A stretch of 55,708 nt of DNA, the filler included, from Sphacelaria rigidula (lineage: Eukaryota), in the NCBI GenBank assembly GCA_964200075.2. It is 3 parts of 3 records of this genome, joined end to end, with 100 filler letters (N's around TTAATTAATTAA, not from the genome) between each part and the next. Parts side by side here need not be neighbours in the genome. Positions count along the whole stretch, not along the records: positions 1 to 18,504 come from CAXNAA020000847.1; 2 more parts are not named here. The stretch is one strand, 5' to 3'. A program made the translations under genes and the position numbers. The notes under the pieces are model-generated. The model saw only the letters and a program-made list of their open reading frames with translations, was not told the DNA's origin and made no database searches. Of the stretch, positions 1-10,820 are shown one piece after another. Positions within the stretch are counted from its first letter, which is position 1, and every line of letters starts with the position of its first letter.

Positions 1-350
1 GGGACGACAACAACAACACATTCTCACACGATGTGAGTAGACCCCATATTTTCCCCCTACATTTTTACTTCTTGTTCGTGAGTTATTTGCGATTTAATTC
101 CGAAATCCCCCCCCCCCCCTCCGCATTTTTTGTTTTTTCGTGGGTTATTGGCGGCGGAACATTTCAGAACAGTTTTCGGAACTGAATTGCATGTAAGACT
201 CACTTTTATGGCAACGAATCTCCATTAGTACAAATATAAGAATTTCAGCCCGTCTAGAGACGATTTTCTCCCGTGGATTGATTTTTCGGATCCCAGTCCG
301 TTGCACAATGTTTTTAGACTAGCTGTGAGCAAACCAGATCGGATGAGATT

Positions 351-643
351 GAAAAATCGGGGGAGACGCAGGAGTGTCCCGATTTCAGCAGAAAGGTGAT
401 TTATCGAAAGTCAACGCCCAGAAAATCGGAGAATTTATCTGGTTTGCAGAAAAATCGGGGGAGATGCAGGAGTGTCACCATTTCAGCAGAAAGGTGGTGT
501 ATCGTAAGTCAACGCCCAGAAAATCGGAGAATTGATCTGGTTTGCAGAAAAAATGGGGGAGATACGGGAGTGTCGCGATTTAGTAGAACGGTGATGTATC
601 GAAAGTCAACGCTCAGAAAATCGGAGAATTTGATCTGGTTTGC
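351..643 (+). repeat. 98-bp tandem repeat x3 inside the H1 MITE
   Basis: Units start at 351, 449 and 547 (gaaaaatcggggg-aga..ggagtgtc..gaaagtcaacgc.cagaaaatcggagaatt..tctggtttgc). Confidence 0.9.
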
Positions 644-737
644 TCACAGCTAGCCGAAAAACATTGCTGAACGGACTGGGGACCGAAAAATCAATCCACG
701 GGAAAAAATCGTCTGTAGACGGCCTGAAATCCTCATA

Positions 738-1293
738 CTTCCTCTGTGCCATAAGTAAAGGTCCTTATGTTTACACAGACCTTTAGCGGTGTCCGATGCC
801 GCCGGCGACCATTTTTTTTCAATTTTTTTTTTTTGCACGCACCACCCCACCTGCATGAGCGGCTGAGGAAAAACCAGTCGGCCTGAAAAAGGCCGTATTT
901 TGCAGGTATTTTGCCCCCCTCCAGGGCGGGGCACTGATAAAAACAAGAGGAAAAAACCAAGAATTATCCCTGACCCCAAACCTAGCCCCTCCTCTCTACT
1001 CAACGACCCATGACGCGCCCCCCATAGTAAAAACAGTATACTAGTGAACCCCCACACTAAAACCAAGGCAATTATCATAATAGTTCTCAAATATATCCCA
1101 GAATACCCGCCAAAATTCCCAATATTCGACACACTATTTCTCAGTAATTACGAATCGGATTCAACTTTTTTTTTTTAGAGGTATCCTCAAATTCATGGCT
1201 TTTCAACAAGCCTATCCGTAGTATCGTGAGTGACTAGGTTGGCGAGATATGATTTGTACCCCATAAGGACCTTTACTTATGGCACAGAGGAAG
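738..1293. mobile_element. Tc1/mariner (Stowaway-like) MITE, 556 bp
   Basis: Perfect 32-bp TIR CTTCCTCTGTGCCATAAGTAAAGGTCCTTATG with TA on both sides (736-737, 1294-1295). Removing it restores the host arm cctcaTAtttgtacaaatc. Confidence 0.9.
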
Positions 1294-3330
1294 TATTTGT
1301 ACAAATCGAGATTCGTTGCCATAAAAGTGAGTCCAACTCACGAACAAAAATTAAAAATATAGGGGAGGAAAGATGTGGTCTTCGCACATACCTCCTGCAC
1401 ATCGTGTCAACATTTCATTGAATACGACTGATATTTGAGCACGGAAATCGCGTGTCAATACTCTTCTTAGCATCTTAGGCGGCCCAGCCTGTACCTCTGC
1501 CAAGCGCCTACGTTCTTTTGGCATCCATCAACACCTTGCAAAGACGATTCTCAAAAATAGCGGGACCGCAAGCAGACAATTTTTCGGAACATGATCCCAG
1601 GGCATTCTAACAAGTAGTACTCGTAATAAGGCTTGAAAATAAAAGGAATGGATAAATAAGGTGAGAGTGCACTGCTACCCATGACTTTCGTTTGCATCGA
1701 AGGGAGTTCAAACTTGCCGCGGGAACTCATGGATTTACTGTTGAGGCTTGCAACGAAGAAGATGCTCTCCGGTACGACTGTGCGCACTCCTTAAGGACGG
1801 AGGGACTGCGCGATTTTCATGTGTCTATGATACGAGAGAATCGTTCATTTTCACGACACACCCGTTGGTGGAAGGGCCACGAAACGACAACTCAGAATCG
1901 CCCCATATGTTCCCCAATAACGTTCACGTTAACATATTGATTGGCGCCGGGAGCTGACAGAATCCGAACTATTTCTTAAGAATAACAGGTTGGGTCCGGC
2001 CGCTCTTGTGTTTTGAAAGAGCGATGTGAACGGCAAACAAGCCGATGAAAGGTCGATTCTGAGGATGCCACGGGTGCTTCTGCGAGGGACTTGGGAAGCG
2101 GCGCGTACCGACAACACAGGGTATGGAGGATAGTCCGCACCCGTCTTGAAAAGGTTGAGGCTGGGAGGGCAGCCCAGAAGAGGCGTCGAAAAAAAGACCA
2201 CATCAGATGTATCCTGGGGCAACTCTAGCCCACAAAGGTCGGTGTAGATTGGCACAGAAACTCTCGTTCGTCCATCGACTGTGTGAACCATGAACATCAA
2301 ATTCTCCCCTCTCCCCCACCCCCCCCCCATGTTCTTTCAAGGTATGGCTGCAGCACATGTTCCCATTTGATGTGTGCCTGAGGAATTCTGAGTGGAAGCT
2401 GTGTTCGGGGGTGCTTTATTTAGACCCCGTCTTGACAACAAAATAATTGAGAATTTTATTTTGATTCTGAGCACTGTTGTGACTGTTCACATTGTTTGCT
2501 TTCTGATTGCTTGAGGGGTCCTGCTCTATGCTCACGGCGTGTCTCACTCAGGGCGTGTCTTGGCACTTTTGTTTCGATCGGAAAAATGGGGCGGTGGAAT
2601 CGATTTCAGCGAAATTCGCTCATCTTTCTCGAGTTGGGTCCAAGCGAATTTTCAAGTTCTCGATCGACAAGGTACAGTGAAATTCGTGAAACGGTACGTG
2701 ATCAATCGTGTACAGTACAGACAGTCTGTACTGTCTGCATTGCTTGCAAGCAGCGTCTTGAGCGCGTGTGTGCGTGTTTCATACAGCAGGATACAAAAGA
2801 GAAGCAGGCAACGTGCAGTGCAGACAGCCCAGGACTATCAGTTCTCTCTGCTCACAATGCGACGTGAGCAAAGTGCAGCTTTGTTCTGCCTGCAATGCCC
2901 ATGAGCGTGCATGCAACTCGGTTGCCCACCCACCGTACTACGCAGTTCCGTCGCTGATCCCTACCATGGAAGAACATGCCCAAGTTCTCGCCAGCAACAA
3001 AAAAGCAAAGCATACCCGACTACTGCAGTGTATCTATCCCTGTGCTCAACTCGTGCTCTATGCTGCAGGGTTGCAGTGGCACCTTAGAATGAGCTGGGTG
3101 AAGTTCGCATGGTCCTGTGAACAGGTGTTATCTGGCGTGGTGGCCTGTAATATAGGAGTCAAGTGCCGCTTCGTGCCTTTCGACCGCATGCTTTCGATCA
3201 AAACTGATTTCTTCTTGTGTCAAATCGTTCTTCTCCGCGCGCCACTGATAATGATTTTGAGTTGAAGCCTTCAAGGAACATAAATGCGGTTGGCCTATAA
3301 GATCGGCGAGAAAAAATCGACCGCACGCTA

Positions 3331-3596
3331 GATACGTCGTCAATCAGTATTAATGGCGACCTATCAGATCGGGTCTTTTCTTTCCCACCGCACGTTTTCG
3401 ATCGAAAAAAAAGCGCTACGCCCTTAGCACATTCTTTATCGATTGAAAACGTGCGGTGGGAACGAAAAAATTCGATCTGATAGGGCACCATTTATACCGA
3501 ATGACGACGTATCAAGTGGGATTATCCGTTTCTGCTTTACTACGCCGCACCTTTAGAATCAAAAACTAATTGGCTGAGACACGACGTCAACGCTCT
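3331..3596. mobile_element. Adjacent degenerate copies of Harbinger-type MITE family H2, forming a palindrome centred near 3424
   Basis: cctatcagatc..cccaccgcacgttttcgatcgaaaaaa..cgccc-TTA..atcgattgaaaacgtgcggtggg..gatctgatagg. Resembles 14765-14952 and 46193-46377. Confidence 0.6.
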
Positions 3597-3977
3597 TTCG
3601 AAGCATGCTAAAAAAATGTGTCATTTTATATTTTGTTTTAGTACGAATAATTCCTTGAGGATGCGAAAGGCGACGTACAATGGACGTTATGCGTGGGCTG
3701 TTCGGCTCATCATGGGGCCTGGATCACACCCCAGGGGTGCACAGTTATCTGTTGGGTTGTTGGGCGTGTGACGTGCTGTCACGTCATCTTGTTCTAAAAA
3801 TTCTTTGTTTGCCTTCGATAGGAATGGTGGCTAATTGATCGTGATGAAGTTTTGGACAGTCACAATCATTCCCACGATATTCCCCCCTCGTCGTTGTTGT
3901 CTCGGAGACCCGGCGTTACTGGTCACGCAATTTTGAACAAAAAATTTAATTTGTAGTGGTAAAAAACACGGACTTAG

Positions 3978-4032
3978 TTATTATTATTATTATATCCATC
4001 ACATTCGCTCGATCTCTCGAACCCGTGGTCAC
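3978..4032 (-). mobile_element. 3' tail of a non-LTR retroposon ending in (AAT)n
   Basis: Minus strand gtgaccacgggttcgagagatcgagcgaatgtgatggat(ata)n. The same motif occurs at 35085-35130 and 48214-48262. Confidence 0.55.
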
Positions 4033-5132
4033 AGAGTGCAAGGAGCATACCACCACTTATACTCGCATCTTTTCTCGAATTTTGGAAATCTGAAACAAAA
4101 TGCAGAAGTCAAGGTTTGAATAACATATTCACTGAATCGATATTTTTTCGGACACGATATGTCACCTTCACTCGAAAGCTGAAAAGTCGGTAGACGTTGG
4201 GGGGAAAAGAAGGTTGTGCTCAGAATACATTCCTCATCTTTGTGCTGTCGGAACAGAATGGAGTGAAACCCCGTTTATCAAGGGGTTGCTACTGACCGCA
4301 TACGATCCCGGAACATGTTTTTTCGGTTGTACAACAATAAATGTAGAGAATAAAAAAAATGGAACCATACACCTGTTCATTATAACAACCCGAATTGGTT
4401 CGGTCGAGTGAAACTACCAAGGAGCGAGAACCGGGGGCTGTACGAGCTGGGGCCGGCCATAAACCCAACATCCTCTGTCATCACCACACCTCTTCAAATT
4501 CCCCAAATCAACACGACCTGAGCATACCGCTGTGAACTGCAGACAAACCTGGTAACATAGGCACCGCCGCTGCTCGATTGGTGCACTTCTGACGATGATG
4601 TTATTGTACTGCATTGGGTACCGAGTACGTCCCAATTCTCCATGCGATAGCGTGTCTGGAGACTTGCGTTCCACAAAATGCGGTGGAATTACGATGGTAA
4701 ATTCCGCCGCACAGGCACGCGAACACCCGATATGTGCAGGCGAAAGCAGTCGAGAAGTTCTGCAACCTCTACAACACAACTCGATGTCGCTGTCTAACAG
4801 CAGAAAACCTGCGCGACCACTCCCGAGAGGCAGGTTCAACAGAGCGATGAAAGCTGCAGTCGTGTTGAAACGATTGTACAGTGTTCTCCCGAAATCACAG
4901 AAGACATGTTTACCGAGCGAAATCGCACCTGTATCCGCCCCGTTCCATGCTCCTACAAAAGACATGACCACACTCTGCGATAAGGGGTTGTTGGTGGTGC
5001 TTGACATGAGAACTGGTCGAAGCAAAAGCGCCGTGCAGCAAGCTCCTACAGCGCGTGCACGGCTGTATCGTAGGACGCGGGTACCGCAACTGATGATACG
5101 GGCATGGCATCATGCATGTGGTCATGCCCGTT

Positions 5133-5220
5133 AAAAAAACCCAGAAGTGGTCATGCCAGGATTCGAACTCATGACTTGTGTGTTTTGAGATTGTTGTATC
5201 AGTTTGACCACCGGGGTCAC
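5133..5220 (-). pseudogene. tRNA-derived segment (Pol III A/B boxes, T-run), no intact cloverleaf
   Basis: Minus strand ccccggtggtcaaactga..gagttcgaatcc..gggttttttt. Layout matches the tRNA-like heads at ~9600 and 16657. Confidence 0.45.
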
Positions 5221-5876
5221 ACAAAAAGTGCGACGCGAACCCCAATTTTACGTATTTTTTATTGAAACTTTATAAGGATGTGGGTGATGCGAGTGCTCGT
5301 ATGTACCCGAGCGTTGTCATCGTTTTAAACATTTTTTTGAGGAAGTTATAGCATTTTTCCTGTTTTTCCTGAAACTTCAACTCGCTTTAACACCTCGTTT
5401 TTTTTTTTTCTTCTGCACCACTCGGAGTGTTGCGTGGATTGATGATGAAAATGTTGTGTAAAAAATTCAGCGCCTAACTCTTCGATTTGCCAAACGCATC
5501 TCCACTCTTCGTTTGATAATCACTGATGGCCGGCCCAGCTCGTACACTCGTGGGATTCCCAACGACCGGTGGTTCCGTAACTCGTTCAAAATTGGTGTCG
5601 GGATGCTCATGCCGCTCGATTCTCGAATTTTGGGATCAAGCAGAAATCGTGATGATGAGTTTTGGTAACGGAAAAGCCTGAAAAATAACGCGTTCAATTA
5701 AAAATGCTCTCTTTCGACTTGGACTACTATTGATAAAATGTCTGTTCCCTGGACTGTGAGAAATCCGTATCCTGTCCCAAAAAATCGACTGGGGGTAGTA
5801 CGACTCTCCGGAGAAAAGTTAGACGTTCCCTTGCGTACTCATGAACTGTTGTTGTTGCACAGCAAATATCACAAAC

Positions 5877-6176
5877 CTGGCTGATCTTCCGTTTCCCATT
5901 TTGGATAGTCATTTCCCTCGAGTCCCTGCTGTGTCCAAACCGCCCGCGCCCCCGCCCGCCACCCCCACCACCTCCACCTCCGCTCGCCCTGCTTTTGTCA
6001 CCGGACACAAATTGCCCGACAACATTGGAGGAGCCTCCCGATTCGCTAAACTGCACCGTGGACACGATGTTGTTCTCTTGAAGCACTGTACCGCAGTGTG
6101 AGCAAGCTCGGTCCCCAGAAGCGGTCCAGTCGCTAAAGTCGATTTTCCCGCAGCACTTGCATCTTTGTTCGTTCAT
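5877..6176 (-). CDS. BRF1: TFIIIB subunit BRF1 (TFIIB-related), first coding exon; the rest is presumably beyond the window start
   Basis: Zn ribbon CKCC..CSHCGTVLQENNIVSTVQFSE followed by VVGQFV and SRE.TIQNGKRKI, characteristic of BRF1. Exactly 100 codons, then donor CAG|GTTTGT at 5876. No exon 2 recognised in 1-5876. Confidence 0.9.
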
Positions 6177-8597
6177 CTTGTGTTTGCCTTTTCACCCGTC
6201 CCTATGTATACCGTCTTCCTTGCGTCCTCACACTAACCACTACCGGAGATCTTTCGTGTGAGGTGTCCACTTGTGAAGCGCAGCAGTAGGGCGTTGTTGC
6301 GACCCAGCTACCTTATGTGTTGTTCGTCTCGTCGCTGAAGTTGTTGATGTTTTCGCGGGATCTTTTCCCTCCCTCCTGTTCCTGCTGTATAACGCTTCTC
6401 GGTCTTGCCTCTTTGCCAGATATGCTCCTCTGCCCGCCTGCGATTTTCTTTATATCAAGAGGCCGAAACAATGGAGCTGTGCTGGGGGGAGGCGTGCACT
6501 ACACCCAATACTGTACAAGACTCCTTTGGCTCGCTAGACTGGCTGTACTAACAGCACTGTCTGTATGTACTACACGCTACTACAAGCTGTACTGGGTGCT
6601 AGTGTACGACACAGTCGTGTTCGCGCGCACCAGTCGCCCGAAACCTTTGCCTTAAGACCTACCAACACTACCTGCAACGAAATAGAGAGGGATGGAGCTT
6701 TGAATGTCACTTTACTTCCCTGATCAAGACAAGACCTCGTGAGCTACAAGACTCTGCGCGTCTGAAGTAGACACATTTCGCCAGGTACACCACAATTTCT
6801 TCTCTTTTTTCGTTTCAATATTCGTACTGTTACTCAGATCCGCAGTCGAATTATGGAGAAGCCCAAGGTCGGAACAACACTCAACACCACTGCATGAGCA
6901 CCACCGTTTTTGGTACAAAGTATATCTACCCCCAATAACTTAGCTGTGGAGGATTTTCGCGCTTCAGGAAAAAAAAGACGCCCAAAACTTCACATATATA
7001 TATATTCACAAACATATTCAAGAAACAAAAACGAAGTATAAACTATGAATAGATTTTCTGAACAACAATGCATTTTACAGATCTCGAGCTCTCGATGAGG
7101 GACATGTCACCGCAGTGGAGATGGTACTCTCCCGTCGTAAAATCAAGTGAACATAATATGAATTCAAACAAATACACTATCGACATGAACTCGATCGTAT
7201 AGGGAAAACTGGTGTACAGGAAGTGACTACAAGAACAGTTCGTCTTTGGATAATGACTGGTCTAAGGGTGTAACGATACTATTTCTTCTGCAGACCAGAG
7301 CGTGCATCTCGGCCGTTGAGGGCACCAGTGGTCACCTGCCACACTATTGGGGGAATGATAACATAGCCTAAAGGTGAGTTCGAGTCATATGCGATGGTGT
7401 ACAACAGCAAATAGGGGACTAGGACGTACATGTATCTGAGCAGCAAGGGTTTTGATCTCAGAGAATATGTCCTGTGTTGTATCTGTCGCTCCTTTTTTTG
7501 GCATCTCCGATTTACAATCTTGATATCCTGTAATCCGTCTCTCATATAGGAAGGACACGGTTTGCTTCCTACAGAGAATGCCTTACACTTTGATATGCTA
7601 TCTCAGTCCATGCCACCCAACACGTGACCCGTGGTACAGACGGTACGGTACAGTACAGTACTATATGGTACAATGATGCTGCGGCAGATGCCCCCGCCTT
7701 GGAAAATCAATCTTGTTCTGTAAAATATGCCTCCTGTCGGCTACCGGCCAGCGCCTATAATCGTCGACCAGTGCGACAACGTACTGTAGCCGTTTTATCC
7801 TTGGAGAACAAAGCGGCATAACATATCTGTTAGTGGGTACAGTCCACCTGTGCAGTACAGACAACACAGTTGGGTGGACAGAACCTCCGTCGCAGGTAAA
7901 TCAACCCCCACGCTTTTAACGACACTGATGATCCTCGGGAGAACACGCCGGAGTGCGAACGAATTTCATACTCTGAGAGGCAGTTCAGTCAGTACGCTGT
8001 TATACTCCTCTCCTACAGTCAGAAGAGTTGTACCCGAGCTGTGCTTGTATCATTCATGGTTGATATCTCCCTGGATTAGTGTGGACCACAAAATTTGAAT
8101 CTTCCAGAGGCTCGCAGTTGGTTTTCATAGTACGCCAGCGGTTGTAGCTATTTGTGTTCTGCTCGCCAACCGTCGTCGTGCCCTCTGCCGACGCACTCTT
8201 CGCTTTGGACATGCCCTGAAACCTTACTCGGCCGAGAAAAGCCAATCTCACGTTGCTGCTCGGACACGCAACGTGTCGCAGTTGGCACATATCCACCAAG
8301 ATCTGACTGAGGATAGAGAGGACCAGATACTTCGAGATTCGACCGTTAGGACTATAACGTACATGACGATTTATTTCCAACCGCATGGGAACACGCCACT
8401 TTGCGTCAAGTCAAATTTTCTTCACAGCGTCGCCTGACTTCTATTACCTTCGACAACAATTCAATGCTCGAGGGTTCGGGGTTCGCCATTCGTTGAGGCT
8501 AGGGTTGGGGTTAACATCGGATTTGGATGGGTAGGTAGGATGGTCGACAGTTGCATGCCACTGGCGGCTATTTTTTTCCAGTTTATCTGCGAAGATT

Positions 8598-8878
8598 AAC
8601 CCTTGGACAGCGAGCGTCGCCTCGGAACAGTTTCACAAGCTGACGGTCCAGGGACATCTGGGGGTTTCTAGAGGGTAGGGGGTGGTTTTTGACAGGAGGG
8701 TGGGAGCCTGTTCGCTGAAGAGCCGAAAAGCTCACCAAGACAACCATGCGTGTTTGGAAGTTTCTCACGAAAGACTGTGAGCCAGGAACGAGACCCGAGA
8801 GGAGCGGATATTCTGACCAATCACGGCTATCAAAATGCTTACTTTGTTCCCCTACAGGTGGACTACAGGTGAACTACT
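8598..8878 (+). repeat. ~280-bp dispersed repeat, copy 1
   Basis: Colinear with 41947-42230 (ccttgg.cagc.agcgt.gcctcg.aacagtttcaca..accaatcac.gctatcaaaatg..ctttgttcccctaca). Confidence 0.85.
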
Positions 8879-9284
8879 CCGTTGTCTGTCCGTATTTGTC
8901 ATTTTGGCCATGACAGCTCAACCATAAAAAACATGCGCACAAATAACGTGCTTCTTTCTTCGCCCGTGGTCTGTGCCGCCTACCTGATCCCTCATTTGTT
9001 GCCAGCATAGCGTTTTGTGTAGCGAGAAAAGAGCTATTCCGAACCACAAATGTGACATAGTCCGTCTCAATGTACCTGGGGGGGGTCGCTTTCTAAGGAT
9101 TAATTGGGAAAACATCGGCGCCGAGCGGCGAATCCGCGAGCTCCAACCCTCCTCCCCCCTGGCTGGTGTGAGGGATCGCGCAGGAGCGCAAAATTCTCCA
9201 CGTCCGGACCGAAAAATACGCATGAAGTTGAACAGCAACCCGTGATGTATTTTGCATTATGTGACTGCGGGTTTTTATTTCATG

Positions 9285-9600
9285 TTGTTTTACGTTATTT
9301 GTCGCAGTTTGACCCCCTCCCTTCCCCGGGACGAGTCCGTGGTCTCGAGGGATCAATCAACACATGTCTCCCCGGTACATGCTTTGCGTTTTGGTCTCGC
9401 GGAATGGGTCAGCATTCCCGCACCGGGTCAACTGTCGTCAATCAAACTCAGTCAACTACTATTGGTTTACTCACGCTCCCACGCTTTCGATGATGGAAAT
9501 CAGATAATTGGAAGGAAAAACCTAACGAACCAAGAATCGAACCCAAGTTCTCTCCACCCTAATGGTCACAGTCGGATCATTAGACCACCGGGACGCGGTT
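9285..9600 (-). mobile_element. tRNA-headed (SINE-like) repeat, copy 1
   Basis: Minus strand ccgcgtcccggtggtctaatgatccgactgtgaccattagggtggagagaacttgggttcgattc (A and B boxes). Colinear for ~310 bp with 16657-16968. Confidence 0.75.
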
Positions 9601-9829
9601 ACCATTTTGTACTTTGTTTTCGGATGTGCAATGAAACGACAAACCTTGACATATATTGCGCTCCATCACTTCGGGGCGTCGGGGTTTCTACATGTGGTGC
9701 GCATGTGTTGCATCACGTTCAGAACGCTCTTCACCATGCAATTGGCAATAAAGTTTGGTGTTTGGCAGTTCTGCATTGAGTGTCCCGCCGTGCATAAGTC
9801 ACGCTTCTTTTTTCATTTTCTATTTCTCC

Positions 9830-9967
9830 CATACCCTGGACAATGGAAAACACGATGAAAAAATGTACTACGCACAGTATGGAATATATTGTCTATTGCA
9901 ATAGACAATAGATTCCATACTGTACGCAGTACATTTTTTTATCGTGTATTCTATTGTCCAGGGTATG
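9830..9967. repeat. Near-perfect 138-bp loopless palindrome (foldback MITE-like, TA-flanked core 9834-9963)
   Basis: cataccctggacaat..attgtctattg|caatagacaat..attgtccagggtatg. Confidence 0.9.
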
Positions 9968-10540
9968 ATTTATCCTCGTTCGACTGACCAGCCGTTAACC
10001 TGCACGCTATGGTCCTAGAGAAGAATCGGCAGCGATGGTCGGCGAGATAACGGCATCGACAATAGTACCAGTAGCGGGAGCCAAAAAGTGGGCGGAAAAC
10101 TATGGCTGAGATGGGGTGCAGAGTTGAAAAAAATGTACTACTGTATTGTAGAGTGCAGAGTTCAACGGTACAGTGAAAATGTATATGATTGTCTGAGCAT
10201 CTTTGTTTTGCGATCAACATACTACAACTGGTATGAAGCATGACCAGTAGCGGCAAAAGGCGCATTAACTGGATTACTGGCGCTCTCTTATTAACTGGTC
10301 CCGTTCACAGCCTTAATAATCAAGATGTGGAGTCGGTGTTCCCGTGCGGGTGGAATTTCCGGTGTCATTATGAAGTGGCGTCGACACGCTGGGAAGGATA
10401 ATATTGCTCGAGTAATTCTGACGACCCGGTCATCGAATTCTCCGCAAGTGCACCATGTTGAGATATCTACGAGGTACTACAGAGCTTCGTATTACGTACG
10501 GGAGTTGTAGAGATGACAACGATGACAAGCTGGTAGGATA

Positions 10541-10820
10541 TAATGCGGCGTAATTATATGTAGTGATATGTCTATATGTGAGCGTGTATAATGAAAAATT
10601 TAGTATTTTGTTCCCAGCTTCTTGTTTCTACTGAACGAGGCTCATAACTTGAGAGGAAATGCTGCACCTAGTCACCTCAGGTGTAATGGTGCTGTATATA
10701 CCCTACTTGAGGCTCGTGGGAGGCTTAGCGCTTGAGCAAGAAGCTGGGAGCAAACTACTGAAATATTCATTATACACGCTCACATATAAATATATCACTA
10801 CAGATAGTTACGCCGCATTA
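10541..10820. mobile_element. 280-bp MITE with ~85-bp inverted arms
   Basis: taatgcggcgtaa..gtagtgatat..atatgtgagcgtgtataatgaa..cccagcttcttg is mirrored by caagaagctggg..ttcattatacacgctcacatat..atatcactac..ttacgccgcatta. Confidence 0.85.

Larger units (their letters stand above)
197..1333. mobile_element. PIF/Harbinger-type MITE, family H1, interrupted by a mariner-like MITE
   Basis: TIR GACTCACTTTTATGGCAACGAATCTC at 197 and its exact complement ending at 1333. The imperfect inverted arms run ~140 bp. Flanks are TAA/CAA, a degenerate 3-bp TNA TSD as expected for Harbinger. Confidence 0.85.
25..1408. mobile_element. Old TIR-bounded non-autonomous element (outer layer of a nested insertion)
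   Basis: ~25-84 (cacgatgtg..agaccccatattttccccctacatttttacttcttgttcgtgagtt) is an imperfect inverted copy of ~1335-1408 (aactcacgaacaaaaattaaaaatataggggaggaaagatgtggtct..cacatcgtg). Ends are approximate. Confidence 0.55.

Noticed and set aside
351-643. Regular repeats as a CRISPR array
   Set aside because: Whole 98-bp units repeat with no unique spacers, no cas genes, and the context is eukaryotic.
4414-5025. Minus ORF with LNLPLGSGRAGF..PAHIGC, resembling non-LTR RT C-terminal motifs
   Set aside because: Similarity limited to a few residues; no RT core seen.
6444-6456. TATA-like element upstream of BRF1 on the minus strand
   Set aside because: No transcription start data; such AT motifs are common.
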